Source of the DNA: the human T2T-CHM13v2.0 reference genome, Homo sapiens
Strand: one strand, 5' to 3'
NCBI RefSeq assembly: GCF_009914755.1
Contig: NC_060933.1
Length of the DNA: 64,000 nucleotides
Part shown: in pieces, positions 31,321-44,400 of the stretch
How positions within the stretch are numbered: position 1 is the first letter of the stretch
Layout: the number at the start of each line of letters is the position of its first letter
The notes under the pieces: generated by a model
Databases searched by the model: none
What the model saw: the letters and a program-made list of their open reading frames with translations, nothing else
Told to the model about the DNA's origin: nothing
Program-made: the position numbers and the translations under genes

Positions 31321-33479
31321 CCCCTGCACTCGCATTGATTCCATTCCATTCCATTCCATTCCGTTCCATTCCATTCCGTTCCGTTCTGTTCCGTTCCATT
31401 CCATTCCATTCCATTCCATTCCATTCCGTTCCGTTCCATTCCATTCCTTTCCATTCTATTTGGGTTAATTCCATTCCATTCCATTCGATTGCAATCGAGT
31501 TGATTCCATTCCATTCCATTCCATTCCATTCCATTCCATTCAATTCCATTCCGTTCCATTCCATTCCATTACATTCGGATTGATTCTATTCAACTCCCTT
31601 ACTCTCCATTACATTCCATTCTATTCGGGTTGTTCCATTCCATTCCATTCCATTCCACTCCATTCCATTGCACTCGGGTTGATTCCATTCCATTCAATTC
31701 CATTCCGCAAGATTCCATTCCATTGCATTCCATTCCATTCCATTCCCCTGCACTCGCGTTGATTCCATTCCATTCCATTCCATTCCATTCCATTCCATTC
31801 CATTCCATTCCTTTCCCTTCCATTCCATTCCATTCCATTCCATTCCATTCCATTCCGTTCCTTTCCGTTCCATTCCATTCCATTCCATTCTATTCGGGTT
31901 AATTCCATTCCATTCCATTCGATTGCGATCGAGTTGATTCCATTCCATTCCACTGCATTCCATTCCATTCCATTCCATTCCTTTCCATTCCATTACGGAT
32001 GATTCCATTCCATTGCATTCCATTCCATTCCATTCCCCTGTACTCGGGTTGATTCCATTCCATTCCATTCCAATCCATGCCATTCCACTCGTGTTGATTC
32101 CATTCTTTCCATTCCATTCAAGTTGAATCCATTCCATTGCATTCCATTCCATTCGATTCCATTCGATTTCACTCGGGTTGATTCCATGGCATTGCATTCC
32201 ATTCTATTCCATTCCATTCCATTCCATTCCATTCCTTTATATTCCATTCCATTCCATTTGGATTCATTCTAATCAATTCCCTTACACTCCATTACATTCC
32301 ATTCCATTCGGGTAGTTTCCATTCCATTCCATTCCATTCCATTCCTCTCCATTCCATTGCACACGGGTTGATTTCATTCTATTCCACTCCATTCCATTCC
32401 ATTCCATTCCATTCCATTCCGGATGATTCCATTCCATTGAATTCCATTCCATTCCATTCCCCTGTACTTGGGTTGATTCCATTCCATTCCATTCCAATCC
32501 ATGCCATTCCACTCGTGTTGATTCCATTCTTTCCATTCCATTCAAGTTGAATCCATTCCATTGCATTCCATTCCATTCGATTCCATTCCATTCCATTCTA
32601 TTCCGTTCCATTCCATTCCATTACATTCGGATTGATTCTTTTCAACTCCCTTACTCTCCATTACATTCCATTCCATTCGGGTTGTTCCATTCCATTCCAT
32701 TCCATTCCACTCCATTCCATTGCACTCGGGTTGATTCCATTCCATTCCATTCCATTCCATTCCATTCCATTCCATTCCATTCCATTCCCCTGCACTCGCG
32801 TTGATTCCATTCCATTCCATTCCATTCCATTCCATTCCATTCCATTCCTTTCCGTTCCATTCCATTCCATTCCATTCAATTCCGTTCCATTCCATTCCAT
32901 TCCTTTCCATTCTATTCGGGTTAATTCCATTCCATTCCATTCGATTGCAATCGAGTTGATTCCATTCTATTCCATTCCATTCCATTGCATTCCATTCCAT
33001 TCCTTTCCATTCCATTCCGGATGATTCCATTCCATTGCATTCCGTTCCATTACATTCCCCTGCACTCGGGTTGATTCCATTCCATTCCATTCCATTCCAT
33101 TCGATTCCATTCCATTCCAATTCTTTCCTTTCCATTCTATTCCGTACCATTCCATTCCATTCCATACCATTCCATTCCATTCCATTCCATTCCGTTCCAT
33201 TCCGTTCCATTCCATTCCATTCCATTCGGATTCATTCTATTCAATTCCCTTACACTCCATTACATTACATTCCAATCGTGTAGTTTCCATTCCATTCCAT
33301 TCCATTCCTCTCCATTCCATTGCACTCGGGTTGATTCCATTCCATTCCATTCCATTCCATTCCATTCCATTCCATTCCATTCCGGATGGTTCCATTCCAT
33401 TGCATTCCATTCCATTCCATTCCCCTGCACTCGGGTTGATTCCATTCCATTCCGTTCCATTCCATTCCATTCCGTTCCA

Positions 33480-34560
33480 TTCCATTCCATTACATTCGGA
33501 TTTATTCTATTCAACTCCGTTACTCTCCATTACTTTCCATTCCATTCGGGTTGTTCCATTCCATTCCATTCCATTCCACTCCATTGCATTGCACTCGGGT
33601 TGATTCCATTCCATTCCATTCCATTCCATTCCATTCCATTCCGGATGATTCCATTCCATTGCATTCCGTTCCATTACATTCCCCTGCACTCGCGTTGATT
33701 CCATTCCATTCCATTCCATTCCATACCATTCCATTCCATTCCATTCCATTCCATTCCATTCCATTCCTTTCCATTCCATTACGGATGATTCCATTCCATT
33801 GCATTCCATTCCATTCCATTCCCCTGTACTTGGGTTGATTCCATTCCATTCCATTCAAATCCATGCCATTCAACTCGTGTTGATTCCATTCTTTCCATTC
33901 CATTCAAGTTGAATCCATTCCATTGCATTCCATTCCATTCGATTCCATTGGATTGCACTCGGGTTGATTCCATACCATTGCATTCCATTCCATTCCATTC
34001 CATTCCATTCCGTTCCATTCCATTCCATTACATTCGGATTTATTCTATTCAACTCCGTTACTCTCCATTACTTTCCATTCCATAAGGGTTGTTCCATTCC
34101 ATTCCATTCCATTCCACTCCATTGCATTGCACTCGTGTTGATTCCATTCCATTCCATTCCATTCCATTCCATTCCATTCCGGATGATTCCATTCCATTGC
34201 ATTCCGTTCCATTACATTCCCCTGCACTCGCGTTGATTCCATTCCATTCCATTCCATTCCATACCATTCCATTCCATTCCATTCCATTCCATTCCATTCC
34301 ATTCCATTCCTTTCCATTCCATTACGGATGATTCCATTCCATTGCATTCCATTCCATTCCATTCCCCTGTACTTGGGTTGATTCCATTCCATTCCATTCA
34401 AATCCATGCCATTCAACTCGTGTTGATTCCATTCTTTCCATTCCATTCAAGTTGAATCCATTCCATTGCATTCCATTCCATTCGATTCCATTCGATTGCA
34501 CTCGGGTTGATTCCATTCCATTGCATTCCATTCCATTCCATTCCATTCCATTCCATTCTA
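33480..34560 (-). repeat. ~540-bp tandem duplication (2 copies)
   Basis: Private words CGGATTTATTCTATTCAACTCCGTTACTCTCCATTACTTTCC (~33497 and ~34035) and CAAATCCATGCCATTCAACTCG (~33856 and ~34399). ORF offsets are 538-543. Confidence 0.9.
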
Positions 34561-37500
34561 TTCCGTTCCATTCCATTCCATTACATTCGGATTGATTCTT
34601 TTCAACTCCCTTACTCTCCATTACATTCCATTCCATTCGGGTTGTTCCATTCCATTCCATTCCATTCCACTCCATTACATTGCACTCGGGTTGATTCCAT
34701 TCCATTCCATTCCATTCCATTCCATTCCATTCCCCTGCACTCGCGTTGATTCCATTCCATTCCATTCCATTCCATTCCATTTCATTCCTTTCCGTTCCAT
34801 TCCATTCCATTCCATTCAATTCCGTTCCGTTCCATTCCATTCCATTCCATTCTATTCGGGTTAATTCCATTCCATTCCATTCGATTGCAATCGAGTTGAT
34901 TCCATTCTATTCCATTCCATTCCATTCCATTCCATTCCATTCCTTTCCATTCCATTCCGGATGATTCCATTCCATTGCATTCCGATCCATTACATTCCCC
35001 TGCACTCGGGTTGATTCCATTCCATTCCATTCCATTCCATTCCATTCCATTCCAATTCTTTCCTTTCCATTCTATTCCGTACCATTCCATTCCATTCCAT
35101 ACCATTCCATTCCATTCCATTCCATTCCATTCCATTCCATTCCATTCCATTGCATTCCGTTCCATTCCGTTCCATTCCATTCCATTCCATTCGGATTCAT
35201 TCTATTCAATTCCCTTACACTCCATTACATTACATTCCAATCGGGTAGTTTCCATTCCATTCCATTCCATTCCTCTCCATTTCATTGCACTCGGGTTGAT
35301 TCCATTCCATTCCATTCCAATCCATTCCATTCCATTCCATTCCGGATGATTCCATTCCATTGCATTCCATTCCATTCCATTCCCCTGCACTCGGGTTGAT
35401 TCCATTCCATTCCATTCCATTCCATTACATTCCGTTCCATTCCATTCCATTCCATTCGGATTGATTCTATTCAATTCCCTTACACTCCATTACATTCCAT
35501 TCCATTCGGGTAGTTTCCATTCCATTCCATTCTATTCCTCTCCATTCCATTGCACTCGGGTTGATTCCATTCCATTCCATTCCATTATATTCCATTCCAT
35601 TCCATTCCATTCCATTCCATTGTACTCGGGTTGATTCCATTCCATTGCATTCCATTCCATTCCATTCCATTCCATTCCATTCCATTCCATTCCATACCGT
35701 TCCATTCCATTACTTTCGGATTGATTCTATTCAACTCCCTTACTCTCCATTACATTACATTCCATTCGGGTTGTTCCATTCCATTCCATTCCATTCCACT
35801 CCATTCCATTGCACTCGGGTTGATTCCATTCCATTCCATTCCATTCCATTCCATTCCGGATGATTCCATTCCATTGCATTCCGTTCCACTACATTCCCCT
35901 GCACTCGGGTTGATTCCATTCCATTCCATTCCATTCCATTCCATTCCATTCCATTCCATTCCATTCTATTCCGTACCATTCCATTCCATTCCATACAATT
36001 CCATTCCATTCCATTCCATTCCATTCCATTCCATTCCGTTCCGTTCCGTTCCGTTCCATTCCATTCCATTCCATTCTATTCGGGTTAATTCCATTCCATT
36101 CCATTCCATTCCATTCTCTTCCATTCCATTGCAATCGAGTTGAATCCATTGCATTCCATTCCTTTCCATTCCATTCCATTCCATTCCATTCCGGAAGATT
36201 CCATTCCATTGCATTCCATTCCATTCGATTCCCCTGCACTCGCGTTGATTCCATTCCATTCCATTCCATTCCATTCCATTCCATTCCATTCCATTCCATT
36301 CCATTCCTTTCCGTTCCATTCCATTCCATTCCGTTCCGTTCCGTTCCGTTCCGTTCCATTCCATTCCATTCCATTCCATTCGATTCCATTCCATTCCAAT
36401 TCTTTCCATTCCTTTCTATTCCGTACCATTCCATTCCATTCCATACAATTCCATTCCATTCCATTCCATTCCATTCCATTCCGTTCCGTTCCGTTCCGTT
36501 CAATTCCATTCCATTCCAATCTATTCGGGTTAATTCCATTCCATTCCATTCCATTCCATTCTATTCCATTCTATTGCAATCGAGTTGAATCCATTGCATT
36601 CCATTCCATTCCATTCCATTCCATTCCAGAAGATTCCATTCCATTGCATTCCATTCCATTCCATTCCCCTGCACTCGCGTTGATTCCATTCCATTCCATT
36701 CCATTCTATTCCATTCCATTCCCTTCCATTCCGTTCCATTCCATTCCATTCCATTCCTTTCCGTTCCGTTCCGTTCTATTCCATTCCATTTTATTCGGGT
36801 TAATTCCATTCCATTCCATTCGATTGCAATCGAGTTGATTCCATTCCATTCCATTCCATTCCATTCATTTCCATTCCATTACGGATGATTCCATTCCATT
36901 GCATTACATTCCATTCCATTCCCCTGTACTCGGGTTGATTCCATTCCATTCCATTCCATTCCATTCCATTCCATTCCATTCCGGAAGATTCCATTCCATT
37001 GCATTCCATTCCTTTCCATTCCCCTACACTCGCGTTGATTCCATTCCATTCCATTCCATTCCATTCCATTCCATTCCATTCCATTCCGATCCGTTCCATT
37101 CCATTCCATTCCATTCCATTCCATTCCATTCCGTTCCGTTCCATTCTATTCCACTCCATTCGATTGCAATCGAGTTGATTCCATTACACTCCATTCCATT
37201 CCATTCCATTCCATTCCATTCCATTCCATTCCATTCCATTCCTTTCCATTACATTTCGGATGATTCCATTCCATTTCATTCCATTCCATTCCATTTCATT
37301 CCATTCCATTCCATTCCCCTGTACTCGGGTTGATTCCATTCCATTCCATTCCAATCCATGCCATTCCACTCGTGTTGATTCCATTCTTTCCATTCCATTC
37401 AAGTTGAATCCATTCCATTGCATTCCATTCCATTCGATTCCATTCGATTGCACTCGGGTTGATTCCATGGCATTGCATTCCATTCCATTCCATTCCATTC

Positions 37501-40500
37501 CATTCCATTCCATTCCATTCCATTCGGATTCATTCTATTCAATTCCCTTACACTCCATTACATTCCATTCCATTCGGGTAGTTTCCATTCCATTCCATTC
37601 CATTCCTCTCCATTCCATTGCACTCGGGTTGATTCCATTCCATTCCATTCCATTCCATTCCATTCCATTCCATTCCGGATGATTCCATTCCATGGAATTC
37701 CATTCCATTCCATTCCCCTGCACTTGGGTTGATTCCATTCCATTCCATTCCATTCCTTTCTGTTCCATTCAATTCCATTCCATTCCATTCTATTCTTGTT
37801 AATTCCATTCCATTCTATTCCATTCCATTCCATTGAAATCGAGTTGATTCCATTCCATTCCATTCCATTCCATTCCATTCCATTCCATTCCATTCTGGAT
37901 GATTCCATTCCATTGCATTCCATTCCATTCCATTCCCCTGCACTCGGGTTGATTCCATTCCATTCCATTCCATTACATTCCGTTCCATTCCGTTCCATTC
38001 CATTCTATTCGGGTTATTTCCATTCCATTCCATTCCACTCCATTCCAGTCCTTTCCATTCCATTTTACTCGGGTTGATTCCATTCTATTCCTTTCCATTC
38101 CATTCCATTCCATTGCAATCGAGTTGATTCCATTCGAGTTGAATCCATTCCATTCCATTCCATTCCATTCCGTTGCACACGGGTTCATTCCATTCCATTC
38201 CATTCCATTCCATTCCATTTCATTCCATTCCATTCTATTCCGTAGCATTCCATTCCATCCCATTCCATTCCGTTCCATTCCATTCCATTACACTCGGGTT
38301 GATTCCATTCCTTTCCATTCCATTCTTGTTGAATCCATTCCATTCCATTCCATTCCATTCGAATCCATTCCATTGCACTCGGGTTGATTCCATTCCATTC
38401 CATTCCTTTCCATTTCATTCCATTCCATTCCATTACATTCGGATTGATTCTATTCAATTCCCTTACACTCCATTCCCTTCCATTCCATTCGGTATGTTTC
38501 CATTCCATTCGATTCCATTCCACTCCATTCCATTGCATCAGGTTGATTGCATTCCATTCCATTCCATTCCATTCCGGATGATTCCATTCCATTGCATTCC
38601 ATTCCATTCCATTCCCCTGCACTCGGGTTGATTCCATTCCATTCCATTCCATTCCATTCCATTCCATTCCGTTCCGTTCCATTCCATTCCATTGCATTCT
38701 ATTCCGGTTAATTCCATTCCATTCCATTCGATTCCATTCCATTCCATTCCATTCCATTGCAATCGAGTTGATTCCATTCCATTCCATTCCATTCCATTCC
38801 ACTCCATTCCAGTCCTTTCCATTCCATTCCACTCGGGTTGATTCCATTCCATTCCTTTCCATTCCATTCCATTCCATTGCAATCGAGTTGATTCCATTGC
38901 TTTGCATTCCATTCCATTCCATTCCATTCTGGATGATTCCATTCCATTGCATTCCATTCCATTCCATTCCCCTGCACTCGGGTTGATTCCATTCCATTCC
39001 ACTCCATTCCGTTCCATTCCATTCCATTCCATTCCATTGTATTCGGGTTAATTCCATTCCATTCCATTCCATTCCATTCCATTCCATTACAATCGAGTTG
39101 ATTCCATTCCATTCCATTCCATTCCATTCCATTCCATTCCAGTCCTTTCCATTCCATTCCACTCGGGTTGATTCCATTCTATTAGTTTCCATTCCATTCC
39201 ATTCCCTTCCATTCCACTCTGGTTGATTCCATTCCTTTCCATTCCACTCGAATACATTCCCTCCTATTCCACTCGGAACGATTCCATTCCATTCCATTCC
39301 ATTCCATTTCATTCCATTCAATTCCATTTCGTTCCATTCCATTCTATTCCGTACCATTCCATTCCATTCCATTACTTTCCATTCCATTCCATTCCACTCG
39401 TGTTGATTCCATTCCTTTCCATTCCATTCGGTTTGAAGGCATTAAATTCCATTCCATTCGATTCCATTCCATTCCATTCCATTCGATTCCATTCCATTCC
39501 ATTCCATTGTACTCGGGTTGATTCCATTCCATTGCATTCCATTCCATTCCATTCCATTCCATTCCATTCCGTTGCATTCCATTCCATTACATTCGGATTG
39601 ATTCTATTCAACTCCCTTACTCTCCATTACATTCCATTCCATTCGGGTTGTTTCATTCCATTCCATTCCATTCCATTCCATTCCATTGCACTCGGGTTGA
39701 TTCCATTCCATTCCATTCCATTCCATTCCATTCCATTCCATTCCGGATGATTCCATTCCATTGCATTCCGTTCCATTACATTCCCCTGCACTCGCGTTGA
39801 TTCCATTCCATTCCATTCCATTCCATTCAATTCCATTCCATTACAATTCGTTCCATTCCATTCTATTCCGTACCGTTCCATTCCATTCCATACCATTCCA
39901 TTCCATTCCATTCCATTCCATTCCATTCCATTCCATTCCAATCCATTCCATTCCGTTCCTTTCCGTTCCATTCCATTCCATTCCATTCTATTCGGGTTAA
40001 TTCCATTCCATTCCATTCGATTGCAATCGAGTTGATTCCATTCCATTCTACTCCATTCCATTGCATTCCTTTCCATTCCATTACGGATGATTCCATTCCA
40101 TTGCATTCCATTCCATTCCATTCCCCTGTACTCGGGTTGATTCCATTCCATTCCATTCCAATCCATGCAATTCCACTCGTGTTGATTCCATTCTTTCCAT
40201 TCCATTCAAGTTGAATCCATTCCATTGCATTCCATTCCATTCCATTACCCTGCAGTCGGGTTGATTCCATTCCATTCCATTCCATTCCATTCCATTCCAT
40301 TCCATTCCGTTCCGTTCCGTTCCGTTCCATTCCATTCCATTCCATTCTATTCGGGTTAATTCCATTCCATTCCATTCCATTCCATTCCAATCGAGTTGAT
40401 TCCATTCCATTCCATTCCATTCCATTCCACTCCATTCCAGTCCTTTCCATTCCATTCCACTCGCGTTGATTCCAATGTATTCCTTTCCATTCCATTCCAT

Positions 40501-41430
40501 TCCATTGCAATCGAGTTGATTCCATTGCTTTGATTTCCATTCCATTCCATTCCATTCCGGATGATTCCATTCCATTGCATTCCATTCCATTCCATTCCCC
40601 TGCACTCGGGTTGATTCCATTCCATTCCACTCCATTCCGTTCCATTCCATTCCATTCCATTGTATTCGGGTTAATTCCATTCCATTCCATTCCATTCCAT
40701 TCCATTCCATTCCATTCCATTCCATTACAATCGAGTTGATTCCATTCCATTCCATTCCATTCCAGTCCTTTCCATTCCATTCCACTCGGGTTGATTCCAT
40801 TCTATTAGTTTCCATTCCAATCCATTCCCTTCCATTCCACTCTGGTTGATACCATTCCTTTCCATTCCACTCGAACACATTCCCTCCTATTCCACTCGGA
40901 ACGATTCCATTCCATTCCATTCCATTCCATTCCATTCCATTCCATTCCATTCCATTTCGTTCCATTCCATTCTATTCCGTATCTTTCCATTCCATTCCAT
41001 TCCATTCCATTCCATTCCATTCCATTCCATTGTACTCGGTTTGATTCAATTCCATTGCATTCCATTCCATTCCATTCCATTCCATTCCGTTGCATTCCAT
41101 TCCATTACATTCGGATTGATTCTATTCAACTCCCTTACTCTCCATTACATTCCACTCCATTCGGGTTGTTCCATTCCATTCCATTCCATTCCCCTCCATT
41201 CCATTGCACTCGGGTTGATTCCATTCCATTCCATTCCATTCCATTCCATTCCATTCCATTCCGGATGATTCCATTCCATTGCATTCCGTTCCATTACATT
41301 CCCATGCACTCGCGTTGATTCCATTCCATTCCATTCCATTCCATTCAATTCCATTCCAATACAATTCGTTCCATTCCATTCTATTCCGTACCATTCCATT
41401 CCATTCCATACCATTCCTTTCCATTCCATT

Positions 41431-41455
41431 CCATTCCATTCCGTAATGGAATGGA
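41431..41455. other. Strand-switch junction J2 (CATTC to GGAAT)
   Basis: CCATTCCATT-CCGT-AATGGAATGGA: direct join with no inserted sequence. Confidence 0.97.
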
Positions 41456-44400
41456 ATGGAATGGAATGGAATGGAATGGAATGGAATGGAATGGAATCAA
41501 CTCGATTGCAATCGAATGGAATGGAATGGAATTAACCCGAATAGAATGGAATGGAATGGAATGGAACGGAACGGAATGGAATGGAATGGAATGGAACGGA
41601 AAGGAAGGGAATGGAATGGAATAGAATGGAATGGAATGGAATCAACGCGAGTGCAGGGGAATGGAATGGAATGGATTGCAATGGAATGGAATCTTCTGGA
41701 ATGGAATGGAATGGAATGGAATGGAATGGAATGGAATGGAATCAACTCGAGTGCAATGGAATGGAGTGGAATGGAATGGAATGGAATGGAACAACCCAGA
41801 TGGAATGGAATGTAATGGAGAGTAAGGGAGTTGAATAGAATCAATCCGAATGTAATGGAATGGAATGGAAAGGAATGGAATGGAATGGAATGCAATGGAA
41901 TGGATTCAACTTGAATGGAATGGAAAGAATGGAATCAACACGAGTGGAATGGCTTGGATTGGAATGGAATGGAATGGAATCAACCCGAGTACACGGGAAT
42001 GGAATGGAATGGAATGCAATGGAATGGAATCATCCGTAATGGAATGGAAAGGAATGGAATGGAATGGAATGGAATGGAATGGAATGGAATGGAATCAACT
42101 CGATTGCAATCGAATGGAATGGAATGGAATTAACCCGAATAGAATGGAATGGAATGGAATGGAACGGAACGGAACGGAATGGAATGGAATGGAATGGAAC
42201 GGAACGGAATGGAGTGGAATGGAATGGAATGGAATGGAATGGAATCAACGCGAGTGCAGGGGAATGGAATGGAATGGAATGCAATGGAATGGAATCTTCC
42301 GGAATGGAATGGAATGGAATGGAATGGAAGGAAATGCAATGGATTCAACTCGATTGCAATGGAATGGAATAGAATGGAATGGAATGGAATGGAATGGAAT
42401 TAATCCGAATGGAATGGAATGGAACGGAATGGAACGGAATGGAATGGAATGGAATGCAATGGAATGGTATGGAATGGAATGGAATGGTACGGAATATAAT
42501 GGAATGGAATGAATTGTAATGGAATGGAATTGAATGGAATGGAATGGAATGGAATGGAATCAACGCGAGTGCCGGGGAATGTAATGGAACGGAATGTAAT
42601 GGAATGGAATCATCCGGAATGGAATGGAATGGAATGGAATGGAATGAAATGGAATGGAATGGAATCAACCCGAGTGCAATGGAATGGAGTGGAAAGGAAT
42701 GGAATGGAATGGAACAACCCGAATGGAATGGAATGTAATGGAGAGTAAGGGAGTTGAATAGAATCAATCCGAATGTAATAGAATGGAATGCAACGGAATG
42801 GAATGGAATGGAATGGAATGGAATGGAATGCAATGGAATCGAATCAACACGAGTACAATGTAATGGAATGGAATGGAATGGAATGGAATGGAATGGAATG
42901 GAATGGAATGATACGGAATAGAATGGAATGGAACGAAATGGAATGGAATGGAATGGAATGGAATGGAATGGAATGGAATGGAATGGAATCGTTCCGAGTG
43001 GAATAGGAGGGAATGTATTCGAGTGGAATGGAAAGGAATGGTATCAACCAGAGTGGAATGGAAGGGAATGGAATGGAATGGAAATTAATAGAATGGAATC
43101 AACCCGAGTGGAATGGAATGGAAAGGACTGGAATGGAATGGAATGGAATGGAATCAACTCGATTGTAATGGAATGGAATGGAATGGAATGGAAGGGAATT
43201 AACCCGAATACAATGGAATGGAATGGAATGGAACGGAATGGAGTGGAATGGAATGGAATCAACCCGAGTGCAGGGGAATGGAATGGAATGGAATGCAATG
43301 GAATGGAATCATCCGGAATGGAATGGAATGGAATGGAATGCAAAGCAATGGAATCAACTCGTTTGCAAAGGAATGGAATGGAATGGAAAGGAATACATTG
43401 GAATCAACCCGAGTGGAATGGAATGGAAAGGACTGGAATGGAGTGGAATGGAATGGAATGGAATGGAATGGAATCAACTCGATTGGAATGGAATGGAATG
43501 GAATGGAATGGAATTAACCCGAATAGAATGGAATGGAATGGAATGGAACGGAACGGAATGGAATGGAATGGAATGGAATGGAATGGAATGGAATCAACCC
43601 GACTGCAGGGGAATGGAATGGAATGGAATGCAATGGAATGGATTCAACTTGAATGGAATGGAAAGAATGGAATCAACACGACTGGAATGGCATGGATTGG
43701 AATGGAATGGAATGGAATCAACCCGAGTACAGGGGAATGGAATGGAATGGAATGCAATGGAATGGAATCATCCGTAATGGAATGGAAAGGAATGGAATGG
43801 AATGGAATGGAATGGAATGGAATGGAATGGAATCAAATCGATTGCAATCGAATGGAATGGAATGGAATTAACCCGAATAGAATGGAATGGAATGGAATGG
43901 AACGGAACGGAACGGAATGGAATGGATTGGAATGGAATGGAATGGAATGGAATGGAAACAACGCGAGTGCAGGGGAATGGAATGGAATGGAATGCAATGG
44001 AATGGAATCTTCCGGAATGGAATGGAATGGAATGGAATGGAATGGAATGGAATGGAATAAACCCGAGTGCTGTGGAATGGAGTGGAATGGAATGAAATGG
44101 AATGGAACAACCCGAATGGAATGGAATGTAATGGAGAGTAAGGGAGTTGAATAGAATCAATCCGAATGTATTGGAATGGAATGGAACGGAATGGAATTGA
44201 ATGGAATGGAATGGAATGCAATGGAATGGAATCAACCCGAGTGCAATGGAATGGAGAGGAATGGAATGGAATGGAATGGAAACTACCCGAATGGAATGGA
44301 ATGTAATGGAGTGTAAGGGAATTGAATAGAATCAATCCGAATGTAATGGAATGGAATGGAATGGAATGGAATGGAATGGAATGGAATAGAATGCAATCGA

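Larger units (their letters stand above)
30342..41442 (-). repeat. HSat3-type array, inverted (CATTC-strand) block, ~11.1 kb
   Basis: Same vocabulary in reverse complement (ACTCGGGTTG, AATCGAGTTG, CCCCTGCACTCGCGTTG) between two strand switches. Confidence 0.95.
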
